Shown in pieces: positions 5,329 through 12,727 of a DNA stretch of 20,000 nt. The DNA comes from an uncultured virus (IMG/VR IMGVR_UViG_3300021139_000004) (Duplodnaviria > Heunggongvirae > Uroviricota > Caudoviricetes), in the IMG/VR virus record IMGVR_UViG_3300021139_000004; one strand, given 5' to 3'. Position numbers and translations under genes: made by a program. A model generated the notes under the pieces. The model was not told where the DNA came from. It did no database searches and saw nothing but the letters and a program-made list of their open reading frames with translations. The stretch's first letter is position 1; every line of letters begins with the position of its first letter.

Positions 5329-7158
5329 ATGAAAAGAATTTTAGTAGCCCTACTCGGGCTATGTGCATTCGCGCATGCTGCCGTTGCACAGAACTTACCG
5401 GCCGGTTCTCTAGGTGCGGTAACTAACAATACCCCAAACACATGGCAGACATATAGCTATACGTTTACACCATCATCTTCTGGTGCAAACTATATCGGAT
5501 TTGCATTTCGTCAAGATCCTGCATTCTGGACTTTCGATAACGTAACTTTGACTGCTTCTGGTTCGACTACAAATCTTTTAACGAACGGTGGATTTGATAC
5601 TGGTGGCCAGTTTAGTGTAACGACAAACAACGGTGTCAGTTCGATTCAGGCTCCAACAAACTGGGGTGTATGGTATCAAAACGGAACTTATCCTGCAGCC
5701 GCAGGTACTTGGACTGATATAGGCGGAACTCATGGAGGTGTATGGTATGATGGTGCTGTTGGAACATTTGATGGTATCTATCAGGGTGTGGTTCTACAAG
5801 CAGGAACGACTTACACAATATCTTTTCAAGTTTCTGGGAACAGTACTGCTAATAGTAGTTCTATTCAACTTGGCGTATATGGTGGCGCTTGCGCAACTGT
5901 AAGTATCGCTGCAACACAGTGTACGATTCCTGCAGCTGCTGGATTTACGACGCTTGCAACACCTGCTCAGGGTGCAGCAGCTGGTAATCCTAATCCTACT
6001 CCTACAGTAGTAAGCACAGCGCCCGGACCATCTACAGTTACACAGACGAGTGTAGCAGGAACGACTACTACTTCTGTTTCTAGCACACGCGGTGTATCTA
6101 CAACAGTAGTAGCTATATCAAACGCTGCTGCTAGATCGACAAACAACATCAACGTAACAAGAACTACTGTGACTACAGTTACTACTCCCGTAACGACAGT
6201 CACTACACATACGACTCCTATCGTCGTCTCGACTACAACAGTTCCAACGACAGTGACTACATGGAGTGATAATTCTACGACTACTACTAACGGCACACCA
6301 ATCGTAACTACTAATACGACAAATCAAGTAGTTGCATCTACTTCTGTGACTAACGATGTACAGTCAAGTACTGGTACTCAGTCACAATCAGTAAGTTCAA
6401 GTGGTGCACAAAACGCAGTCAAGTATCGTAACAACAATCCATTCATCGTCGATGTATTGAGTCAAAAAGATGGAACATGGATTAGTCCTACAGCTAGCTA
6501 CTACAAGACAGTAGGAAGTATGGCTGCTGGTGGCGTATCACTCGGTTATCAGTGGACAGTCGAAAACAACTCGTTCGGTGTAGCGTTTGCTTACAACAAC
6601 GCTAAGAGTGGCGGATTAGTCGGTAGCGACGTGCAAGCATCAACGTATGACGGCAACGTCTATGCTTTAAGCAAGCAAGAAGATGTTTGGATCAAGGGCA
6701 CTGTAGGTTACGGCTACGGCGACTACACAACCAACACATCGATTCCGCTGTTCGCTCTCTATAATTCTGGTAAGATCAAACAGAAGACATATTATGCAGA
6801 TCTAACTTTGTATAGTGCTGCAGACTATGCAGGCTTTCGTCCACTCATCGGTGCAACAATCGTAAAATCTCAGATCGATTCTACTTCTGTCGGTACACCA
6901 CTCTTAGATACGACAAGCGGCGTATCATCGAGCACGACTGTAAATCCATATATCGGAGTCAGATATGACTTTACTGACAACGTGGGTATTGAAACAAGAG
7001 TGACACAGACAAAAGATTTCAAGACAGTCGGTGGTATACGAGCAGTTGCCAAGACTGAAATCTATGATGGTGTATTCTTGGATGCTGGAGTCGGATTTGA
7101 TAAGGGCAACGGTTACACAGCAGCTGCTGGTACCATAGGTCTTAAGATCGCTTTTTAG
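5329..7158 (+). CDS. autotransporter-like outer-membrane protein
   Basis: GGAG SD before ATG 5329; signal peptide MKRILVALLGLCAFAHAAVA; beta-rich domain with NLLTNGGFD (carbohydrate-binding-like); Thr/Val stalk; roughly 230-aa amphipathic beta C-terminus ending GLKIAF. Confidence 0.8.
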   Translation: MKRILVALLGLCAFAHAAVAQNLPAGSLGAVTNNTPNTWQTYSYTFTPSSSGANYIGFAFRQDPAFWTFDNVTLTASGSTTNLLTNGGFDTGGQFSVTTNNGVSSIQAPTNWGVWYQNGTYPAAAGTWTDIGGTHGGVWYDGAVGTFDGIYQGVVLQAGTTYTISFQVSGNSTANSSSIQLGVYGGACATVSIAATQCTIPAAAGFTTLATPAQGAAAGNPNPTPTVVSTAPGPSTVTQTSVAGTTTTSVSSTRGVSTTVVAISNAAARSTNNINVTRTTVTTVTTPVTTVTTHTTPIVVSTTTVPTTVTTWSDNSTTTTNGTPIVTTNTTNQVVASTSVTNDVQSSTGTQSQSVSSSGAQNAVKYRNNNPFIVDVLSQKDGTWISPTASYYKTVGSMAAGGVSLGYQWTVENNSFGVAFAYNNAKSGGLVGSDVQASTYDGNVYALSKQEDVWIKGTVGYGYGDYTTNTSIPLFALYNSGKIKQKTYYADLTLYSAADYAGFRPLIGATIVKSQIDSTSVGTPLLDTTSGVSSSTTVNPYIGVRYDFTDNVGIETRVTQTKDFKTVGGIRAVAKTEIYDGVFLDAGVGFDKGNGYTAAAGTIGLKIAF

Positions 7159-7206
7159 TGTACAAACTCTCTCCATCGTGGTATAATCTTTACATGATGG
7201 AGAGAG
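7158..7206 (+). promoter_or_regulatory. T4-type early promoter inside a stem-loop
   Basis: TGTACA (7159-7164)-17 nt-TATAAT (7182-7187); 14-bp stem 7167-7180/7193-7206. Confidence 0.75.
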
Positions 7207-7208
7207 AA

Positions 7209-7436
7209 ATGCAAGTTATTCAGTTTCCCCTACAACAGCGTAACGCTACTATCGTCAACGGTGTGGCTACTCAGAATCCGCATAATCGTGCCAAGTATCT
7301 CAATCTGATCGAACGATTCTTGCTTCCTGATGACTATCAGGAAATCTTGAACGCTATCGAACATCCATTACTCTATGCTGCTTTGGAGCCTCAACTCCAG
7401 AGGATCTTAGACTATTACCTCAGTTACGATCAGTGA
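7209..7436 (+). CDS. hypothetical protein
   Basis: GGAGAGAG SD then MQVIQFPLQQRN...; start moved from the track's GTG, which lies in the promoter. Confidence 0.7.
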   Translation: MQVIQFPLQQRNATIVNGVATQNPHNRAKYLNLIERFLLPDDYQEILNAIEHPLLYAALEPQLQRILDYYLSYDQ

Positions 7437-7439
7437 TCG

Positions 7440-7447
7440 TATAAATA
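7440..7447 (+). promoter_or_regulatory. T4 late promoter
   Basis: Exact TATAAATA, intergenic, 24 nt before the ArfA-like ATG. Confidence 0.75.
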
Positions 7448-7471
7448 ATCTTACTTTAACAAAGGTGCGCT

Positions 7472-7600
7472 ATGACTAAGCAGGTTACAATTCGTAATCC
7501 AATCGCTAAGGCTCTTCAGAGCCAGTCTTTCCGCGCGCGTATCGTTGCCCCTAAACGTGGCAAGGGTTCATACAAACGTCAGAGCTTCAAAAAGTTCTGA
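7472..7600 (+). CDS. arfA: ArfA-like alternative ribosome rescue factor, 42 aa
   Basis: MTKQVTIRNPIAKALQSQSFRARIVAPKRGKGSYKRQSFKKF*, with an AAGGT SD. Matches the ArfA pattern N.I...L....FR.R....K.GKGSY.R. Confidence 0.75.
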   Translation: MTKQVTIRNPIAKALQSQSFRARIVAPKRGKGSYKRQSFKKF

Positions 7601-7607
7601 GGTTATT

Positions 7608-7684
7608 GGATCCTTAGCTCAGTAGGTTAGAGCAGCGGTCTTTTAAACCGCAGGTCCTGGGTTCGAATCCCAGAGGATCTACCA
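7608..7684 (+). tRNA. tRNA-Lys(TTT)
   Basis: GGATCCT/AGGATCT-A-CCA; GCGGT-CT TTT AA-ACCGC. Confidence 0.97.
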
Positions 7685-7706
7685 ACTATTTTGTAGGATT
7701 TTTATT

Positions 7707-7802
7707 ATGAATTTACGTGAATTACTATGGGTGATTGTTATGTGTAATTCCATAGCTATCGCGGCGTCAGTGATCGTCGTGAGTTGGAATTTTTGGAAGT
7801 GA
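7707..7802 (+). CDS. single-TM microprotein, 31 aa
   Basis: AGGA SD; MNLRELLWVIVMCNSIAIAASVIVVSWNFWK*. Confidence 0.5.
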   Translation: MNLRELLWVIVMCNSIAIAASVIVVSWNFWK

Positions 7803-7830
7803 ATATCGTTAACAACTAAGGAGCAATAAA

Positions 7831-8388
7831 ATGCAAAAGACTATCGTATCGGCGCTCGCTCTTCTTGCGTCGACAGCAGTGGCTTCGGCTACTGATCTGC
7901 CAAGCAAGACGAAAGCACCTGCTGCACCAGTCGCTGCACAGTCTTCAACAGACTTCTATGCTGGCGTTAATGCAGGCGGTGACTTCGATAAAGCACGCGT
8001 CTATTCTGGTGGTGCTGTTGCTGGCTGGAACGTCCTTCCGTTCCTCGCAGTAGAAGGTACATACGACCTTGATCGTCCAAGCGACAAGATTAAGGGTGCT
8101 TCAAACTGGCAGAACACTGTCGGCGTGAACGCTGTACCACAGTACAAGATTCCCGGTCAAGACGTTACCGTGTATGCACTCGGTGGTGTTGGTTACCGTT
8201 GGAATAGTGTAGCTACCGTTGCGGATCATTCCGTTTATAACTTCGGTGCTGGCGCTAAGTATGAGTTCGCTAAGAATCTCGAACTCGACGGTCGTTATCG
8301 TCGCATCGACGCTATCGAAAGCAAGTATCGCACGACTGCAAATCCTGCAGAAGACCGTGCAACACTTGGTGTAAACTACAAGTTCTAA
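7831..8388 (+). CDS. outer-membrane beta-barrel protein, RopB/Omp25-like
   Basis: TAAGGAG SD; signal peptide then ATDLPSKTKAPAAPVA; FYAGVNAGG; GAGAKYEF; C-terminal GVNYKF. Confidence 0.85.
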   Translation: MQKTIVSALALLASTAVASATDLPSKTKAPAAPVAAQSSTDFYAGVNAGGDFDKARVYSGGAVAGWNVLPFLAVEGTYDLDRPSDKIKGASNWQNTVGVNAVPQYKIPGQDVTVYALGGVGYRWNSVATVADHSVYNFGAGAKYEFAKNLELDGRYRRIDAIESKYRTTANPAEDRATLGVNYKF

Positions 8389-8813
8389 TGATGTACGAGG
8401 TTAGAAACGCTGTAAGCGATGACCTCAATGACATTATAAGAATAGAACAAACGTTTGGCGCAGAGGCATTCTCAAAGAGAACTCTGCGCCAACAACTAAA
8501 AAATACAATCGTCTTAAAAGACGAAGAAGTTCTCGGATACTGTATCTTCTTCAAATTCAAACACTCAGCAAGAATATACAGCATCGCTGTCGATGAAAAT
8601 CATCGACGCAAGGGTCTTGGTAAGATACTTCTCAAAGAAGTCGAGAATCGTTGCCAAGAAATGGACATTGCCAAGCTTACGCTTGAAGTTGCCATCGATA
8701 ACATAGCAGCACAACACGTGTATTCTCTTATGGGATATACCAAGATCAAAGATCTATCAGACTACTATGATCTTGGTAGACACGCTATCAAATTATCCAA
8801 GAATCTAAAATAA
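8388..8813 (+). CDS. GNAT acetyltransferase, RimI-like
   Basis: IYSIAVDENHRRKGLGKILL, LTLEVAIDNIAAQHVYSLMGY, DYY..G.HA. Confidence 0.88.
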   Translation: MMYEVRNAVSDDLNDIIRIEQTFGAEAFSKRTLRQQLKNTIVLKDEEVLGYCIFFKFKHSARIYSIAVDENHRRKGLGKILLKEVENRCQEMDIAKLTLEVAIDNIAAQHVYSLMGYTKIKDLSDYYDLGRHAIKLSKNLK

Positions 8814-8815
8814 CT

Positions 8816-8844
8816 GTTTACTTTTCTAGCCATCTTGATATAAT
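8816..8844 (+). promoter_or_regulatory. T4-type early promoter
   Basis: GTTTACT, 16 nt, then TATAAT (8839-8844) preceded by TGA. Confidence 0.7.
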
Positions 8845-8873
8845 AGTCATATTGGTTGAGAGGAGTCTTTGTA

Positions 8874-9098
8874 ATGTGGACAGACGATGACATCATCGAA
8901 TATGAAGCTGCTTTGACTACGCAGGAACGTTTGACTCTAGATGCTATGAAGCAGTTCAAAGATTTTGAACGAGTTAAAAACTACGTAGCACGGATGACAC
9001 ATGGTAACTATGATCCACACTACGTGGCTTCGATCTACTACAATCCAGACGCTTACTTCGATGCGTCTGACTTGGAGATATATAATGAACACATTTAA
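8874..9098 (+). CDS. hypothetical protein
   Basis: GAGGAG SD, then MWTDDDIIEY... Confidence 0.7.
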   Translation: MWTDDDIIEYEAALTTQERLTLDAMKQFKDFERVKNYVARMTHGNYDPHYVASIYYNPDAYFDASDLEIYNEHI

Positions 9099-9414
9099 TC
9101 TAGCACTGACAAAAAACTTTACAAAGTTGACACTCATTACGATTGCATCTTTGTCTAGCACTCTCGGTCTTCGAACTGAGATGGCTATCATCTTTGGCGA
9201 TATCGGTCTAGCAACGTGGCTTGCTATTGGCTGGGTATTTGTCATCATCATCGTCTTGGCTTACTACAAGTCAAAGCAAGACGTCGAGTTGATCTCTTTT
9301 CGTGAATATGAAAAAAATCGTGTATTGGCTGGTTTCAAGCCCGTTTCGTCGTATACATATACAGGCGGTGTCACAGCGCTTAATCAGGCTGATGACAATA
9401 TCAGGGAGAAATGA
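9085..9414 (+). CDS. hypothetical membrane protein
   Basis: GGAG SD before ATG 9085; hydrophobic segment IGLATWLAIGWVFVIIIVLAYY. Confidence 0.65.
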   Translation: MNTFNLALTKNFTKLTLITIASLSSTLGLRTEMAIIFGDIGLATWLAIGWVFVIIIVLAYYKSKQDVELISFREYEKNRVLAGFKPVSSYTYTGGVTALNQADDNIREK

Positions 9415-9415
9415 G

Positions 9416-9604
9416 ATGAACCGATTCGTTGTTAAGTATGACATCAAACATCTTTCTCAAAAGACTCCTCTTCATGGAGTCTTGACACCCGAAACGTGTA
9501 AGTTCGTGACTCTACAAGACGCTATCAAGTTCGTTCGTATTATGCGTGGTCGTCGCACATCGAAATATGAAGTTGTAGGAATGCCTGTTATCGAAAGGAT
9601 CTAA
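9416..9604 (+). CDS. small basic hypothetical protein
   Basis: GGGAG SD; MNRFVVKYDIKH...MPVIERI. Confidence 0.65.
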   Translation: MNRFVVKYDIKHLSQKTPLHGVLTPETCKFVTLQDAIKFVRIMRGRRTSKYEVVGMPVIERI

Positions 9605-9605
9605 C

Positions 9606-9869
9606 ATGCGTAAGTTACTAGTAATCGCTTCACTGTTGGCTATGACGACAGTAGCATCAGCAGAAGATTGGCGTCATGATAGACACCATCCAGCTCCACG
9701 CGTGGTGCATCGTGGTCATGGTGGTTGGGTTGGTCCAGCATTTTTGCTTGGTCTTGGTGCTGCTGCAGCAGTAGGAACAATCTTCTACTATGAAGGTCAT
9801 CGTTGCTGGAACGAATTAGTCGGTTACGACGAATGGGGTAATAGGTTAGTTCGTCGAGTCTGTGAATAA
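9606..9869 (+). CDS. small secreted His/Arg/Gly-rich protein with a Cys pair
   Basis: Signal peptide ending ASA; RHDRHH tract; GLGAAAAVG; C-terminal CW...RRVCE. Confidence 0.75.
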   Translation: MRKLLVIASLLAMTTVASAEDWRHDRHHPAPRVVHRGHGGWVGPAFLLGLGAAAAVGTIFYYEGHRCWNELVGYDEWGNRLVRRVCE

Positions 9870-9922
9870 CAAAAGGATCTATATCATGCCGATCTTCGTT
9901 CATTCTATTACACATTGGAAAA

Positions 9923-10498
9923 GTGATGAAAGTTAAAATTGGACCATACGTAAACTGGTTTGGAACTTATCAGATCGCGGATAAGATTTTCTTCTGGATC
10001 GATGATAGAAAAAGCATCGACTACGATGAGTTTTATAATCGTTGGGATGTGAAGCTGCGTGATTCATTTACTAATTGGTTATCTAAAACTTGGGTCCATG
10101 ACTTTTGTGTTTGGCTTTATAAATTCCAAAAGCGTAAGGTCGAAGTTCGCCTCGATCCATACGATACTTGGTCTCTCGATCATACGTTAGCGCTGATCAT
10201 TCATCCTGCTCTAATCCAGCTCAGAGATACCAATCATGGTTATGGAATGATAGATCCAGAAGATTGTCCATCGATCGGTAAAGGTAATGAAACTGACTAT
10301 GGTACTGACGATGATAAAGCATTAGATCGTTGGAATTGGTTCATGGACGAGATCATTTGGGCATTCGGTGAAATTGCAAATGACAATCCAAACGAGCCAA
10401 AGTTTAATAGTGACGGTGATGAAATGATAGCATATCATAACAGAATTCAAAATGCTATGGTTCTGTTTGGAAAATACTATCGAGCACTGTGGGATTAA
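9923..10498 (+). CDS. conserved phage hypothetical protein
   Basis: 191-aa Trp-rich ORF; DPYDTWSLDHTLALIIHP...LFGKYYRALWD. Confidence 0.75.
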   Translation: MMKVKIGPYVNWFGTYQIADKIFFWIDDRKSIDYDEFYNRWDVKLRDSFTNWLSKTWVHDFCVWLYKFQKRKVEVRLDPYDTWSLDHTLALIIHPALIQLRDTNHGYGMIDPEDCPSIGKGNETDYGTDDDKALDRWNWFMDEIIWAFGEIANDNPNEPKFNSDGDEMIAYHNRIQNAMVLFGKYYRALWD

Positions 10499-10509
10499 AG
10501 TAGTGTGTT

Positions 10510-10860
10510 ATGAATGTCGAAACTAAATACGACATTGGTCATAAGTTCTGGGTGCCACGAGTGCATAAAACATTCGTGACAACAGAAACTCTTTGCCATG
10601 AAGGCGAAGAATGGCATCGTGATGTTTATGAAATGAAAGCTTTTGCTAAACAAAAAATCGTAAAGAGTATCGATATTGCTATACACGAAAATGGTAAATA
10701 TAGAATTCAATACGGCGTAGCTAACTGTGAAGATAATAAGCCAGACTTACTTCAATGGTATCCTGAAGCAAACATGACGGATCACACTGAAGAATCAGCT
10801 CTTATTTTCGCAGAGAGTTTTCTCTCCGATAATCCAACTAAAGAGTATTTTGGTAACTAA
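10510..10860 (+). CDS. hypothetical protein
   Basis: 116-aa ORF starting METKYDIG-like (MNVETKYDIGHKFW). Confidence 0.7.
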   Translation: MNVETKYDIGHKFWVPRVHKTFVTTETLCHEGEEWHRDVYEMKAFAKQKIVKSIDIAIHENGKYRIQYGVANCEDNKPDLLQWYPEANMTDHTEESALIFAESFLSDNPTKEYFGN

Positions 10861-10864
10861 TTAT

Positions 10865-10940
10865 TCGGGGATAGTTCAATTGGTAGAACAGCGGACTTTG
10901 AATCCGTTGGTTGGAGGTTCGAGCCCTTCTCCCCGAACCA
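10865..10940 (+). tRNA. tRNA-Gln(TTG)
   Basis: TCGGGGA/TCCCCGA-A-CCA; GCGGA-CT TTG AA-TCCGT. Confidence 0.95.
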
Positions 10941-11231
10941 TTATTCTTTCTTACTCTCTACAGTCTTTTTAGCATTATCTAAGAATGAATAGATCGAGTT
11001 GATATTCTTCTGACACACAGTATTATTTGTATGCATCTGAACTAGTAGCTTTGACACTTGTACGTCTGTCAAAGTATCTGGATTCGGAAAATGTCTTACG
11101 TTTGGACAATAGAACAAAGACTTATCTGGCATGATAACGACTTGATCTGTCTTAGTAAGAACTTGAGGCGGTAACGATTTAGCGCAGCCTGCTAGAGTGA
11201 GAGCTGCTAAAGAAGCAATAACTAATTTCAT
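10941..11231 (-). CDS. o-spanin (Rz1-like lipoprotein)
   Basis: Lipobox LAGC, Pro-rich, two further Cys; 4-nt overlap with the upstream TM/coiled-coil gene. Confidence 0.75.
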   Translation of the reverse strand: MKLVIASLAALTLAGCAKSLPPQVLTKTDQVVIMPDKSLFYCPNVRHFPNPDTLTDVQVSKLLVQMHTNNTVCQKNINSIYSFLDNAKKTVESKKE

Positions 11232-11575
11232 TTTGGTGCATCCTTTAATCTGTTCACTGTCTTTTTCAAGACATCTGAAGCTGCACGATCAGACTTTTGT
11301 GTATCTGTTGAATTAAGATAATCGTCAGCTGCTTTCATCTTAGTATCAAAAGCTTCTCTTTCTGCTTTATTCTTTGCTAAGATCTCGTCTTGAGAAGCTT
11401 GGATGGCATCCATCTTAGCTTTGAACTCTTGCTGATCTTTGATAGCCTGTTCGATTTGTTTTTGATTATATTCTAACAGAGCTTCGCGTTCGATACTTGA
11501 ACGCCAACCGATATAACCTGCGGTGAGAGCTCCAAAGAAAAGCACACCACCTATGACTATAAGATAAAAACGCAT
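11228..11575 (-). CDS. i-spanin (Rz-like)
   Basis: GGAGG SD before the ATG at 11575; N-terminal TM helix, then a coiled coil. Confidence 0.75.
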   Translation of the reverse strand: MRFYLIVIGGVLFFGALTAGYIGWRSSIEREALLEYNQKQIEQAIKDQQEFKAKMDAIQASQDEILAKNKAEREAFDTKMKAADDYLNSTDTQKSDRAASDVLKKTVNRLKDAPK

Positions 11576-11596
11576 GATAACCTCCATGATCTGGGG

Positions 11597-11608
11597 TATT
11601 TATAAATA
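11597..11608. promoter_or_regulatory. bidirectional T4 late promoter
   Basis: Palindrome TATTTATAAATA gives TATAAATA on both strands between divergent genes. Confidence 0.8.
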
Positions 11609-11629
11609 TCTCATGACACGGAGTGAAAA

Positions 11630-11851
11630 ATGGTAATACCTAATTTAGAAAACTTACAGATAGTATCCGAAGAGATCATCGAATACTGTGCTAAGCAGAT
11701 TCAAGATGATCCGGAAAACAATTTTAGTAAGTTTCTCGAAGTAGCTAAAGAATACAGAAAAGCTGGTTTGACTCCTATCTTTTTATGTTCAGAGACTCTC
11801 AAAGATTTGATAGTCACTACTGAAGAAAGATTGAGAAAAAAGTTGCACTAG
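11630..11851 (+). CDS. hypothetical protein (late)
   Basis: GGAG SD; 73 aa; downstream of TATAAATA. Confidence 0.7.
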   Translation: MVIPNLENLQIVSEEIIEYCAKQIQDDPENNFSKFLEVAKEYRKAGLTPIFLCSETLKDLIVTTEERLRKKLH

Positions 11852-11853
11852 CT

Positions 11854-11883
11854 GTTTACAAATTAGGTCCGAGCACCTATATA
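11854..11883 (+). promoter_or_regulatory. promoter for the sHSP gene
   Basis: TTTACA (11855-11860), 17 nt, TATATA; the -10 context is CCTATATA. Confidence 0.6.
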
Positions 11884-11887
11884 GAAT

Positions 11888-11947
11888 TATGAGATGCCAT
11901 TCGGGTCTCATATTATAACCTAACTCGCTTAACAGGAGATAGCAATG
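11888..11947 (+). promoter_or_regulatory. ROSE-like RNA thermometer
   Basis: Hairpin TATGAGA...TCTCATA, then CTC(G)CT-TAAC-AGGAG, which pairs the SD with a bulged G. Confidence 0.7.
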
Positions 11948-12451
11948 ACAAATTGGCCTACATATAAGTTCGACCACACGTTTACAGATCTTGCAAAATT
12001 TGATAAGTTCTTTGTTGGTGCAGACAAGTTCTTTGAACGTGCTAGACAGACAGCTGAACTTGTAGCAAATACCGCACAAGTTGCATATCCACCCTTCAAT
12101 CTAAAGAAGACTGACGATAACGTCTATGTTATTGAGATGGCTGTCGCAGGTTTTGCTAAGCAAGACATCGAACTGACTCTTGAAGATAATAAGCTCAAGA
12201 TTGCAGGTAAAGTAGAAAACGACGAAAATGAGAATACTGATTTCTTGTATAAGGGTATCTCTGCTCGTCCGTTCGAACGATCATTCGTATTGAACGATAA
12301 CGTTGTGATCAACAATGCTCAGTATGTAAACGGTCTACTTAAGATCTGGTTAGAGCATATTATTCCTGAAGATAAAAAGCCAAAGAAGATCGACATCGCC
12401 GATGGTGATGCACCAGCTTCTAAGTCTAAGAAGCAACTTCTTACAGAATAA
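11945..12451 (+). CDS. hsp20: small heat-shock protein, Hsp20/IbpA family
   Basis: YPPFN, IEMAVAGF, FLYKGISARPFERSF, NGLLKIWL, PEDKKPKKIDI. Confidence 0.95.
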   Translation: MTNWPTYKFDHTFTDLAKFDKFFVGADKFFERARQTAELVANTAQVAYPPFNLKKTDDNVYVIEMAVAGFAKQDIELTLEDNKLKIAGKVENDENENTDFLYKGISARPFERSFVLNDNVVINNAQYVNGLLKIWLEHIIPEDKKPKKIDIADGDAPASKSKKQLLTE

Positions 12452-12481
12452 TCCCCGCTAATTGGATGCGTCCATTAGCCC

Positions 12482-12501
12482 CTCCCGGCTCCGGCCGGGA
12501 G
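12482..12501 (+). terminator. GC-rich hairpin (terminator or stabiliser; weak U tract)
   Basis: CTCCCGGC-TCCG-GCCGGGAG, a UNCG-type loop. Confidence 0.55.
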
Positions 12502-12524
12502 ACTTCTATCAAGGAATAAAAAAA

Positions 12525-12716
12525 ATGACACAACTAATATCAGCTTTCAGCTCATGGCTGAAGGACACATCACGTTATTACAATACAATATACGAACTAT
12601 CAAGACTTACAGATCGTGAATTACAAGACATAGGATTGAGTCGTGGTGACATCATCAACGTAGCGAATCAACAACTGACAAGAACGATTATAAATAACAT
12701 GTGTGACGCTAACTGA
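12525..12716 (+). CDS. DUF1127 family small protein
   Basis: AAGGA SD; ELSRLTDRELQDIGLSRGDI signature. Confidence 0.88.
   Translation: MTQLISAFSSWLKDTSRYYNTIYELSRLTDRELQDIGLSRGDIINVANQQLTRTIINNMCDAN
12689..12696 (+). promoter_or_regulatory. T4 late promoter for the endolysin
   Basis: TATAAATA about 30 nt upstream of ATG 12728. Confidence 0.7.
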
Positions 12717-12727
12717 TGGGAGCTATT

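Noticed and set aside
5967..6327. Val-rich minus-strand ORFs or a tandem repeat
   Set aside because: Shadow of the Thr-rich stalk codons; no exact repeat unit.
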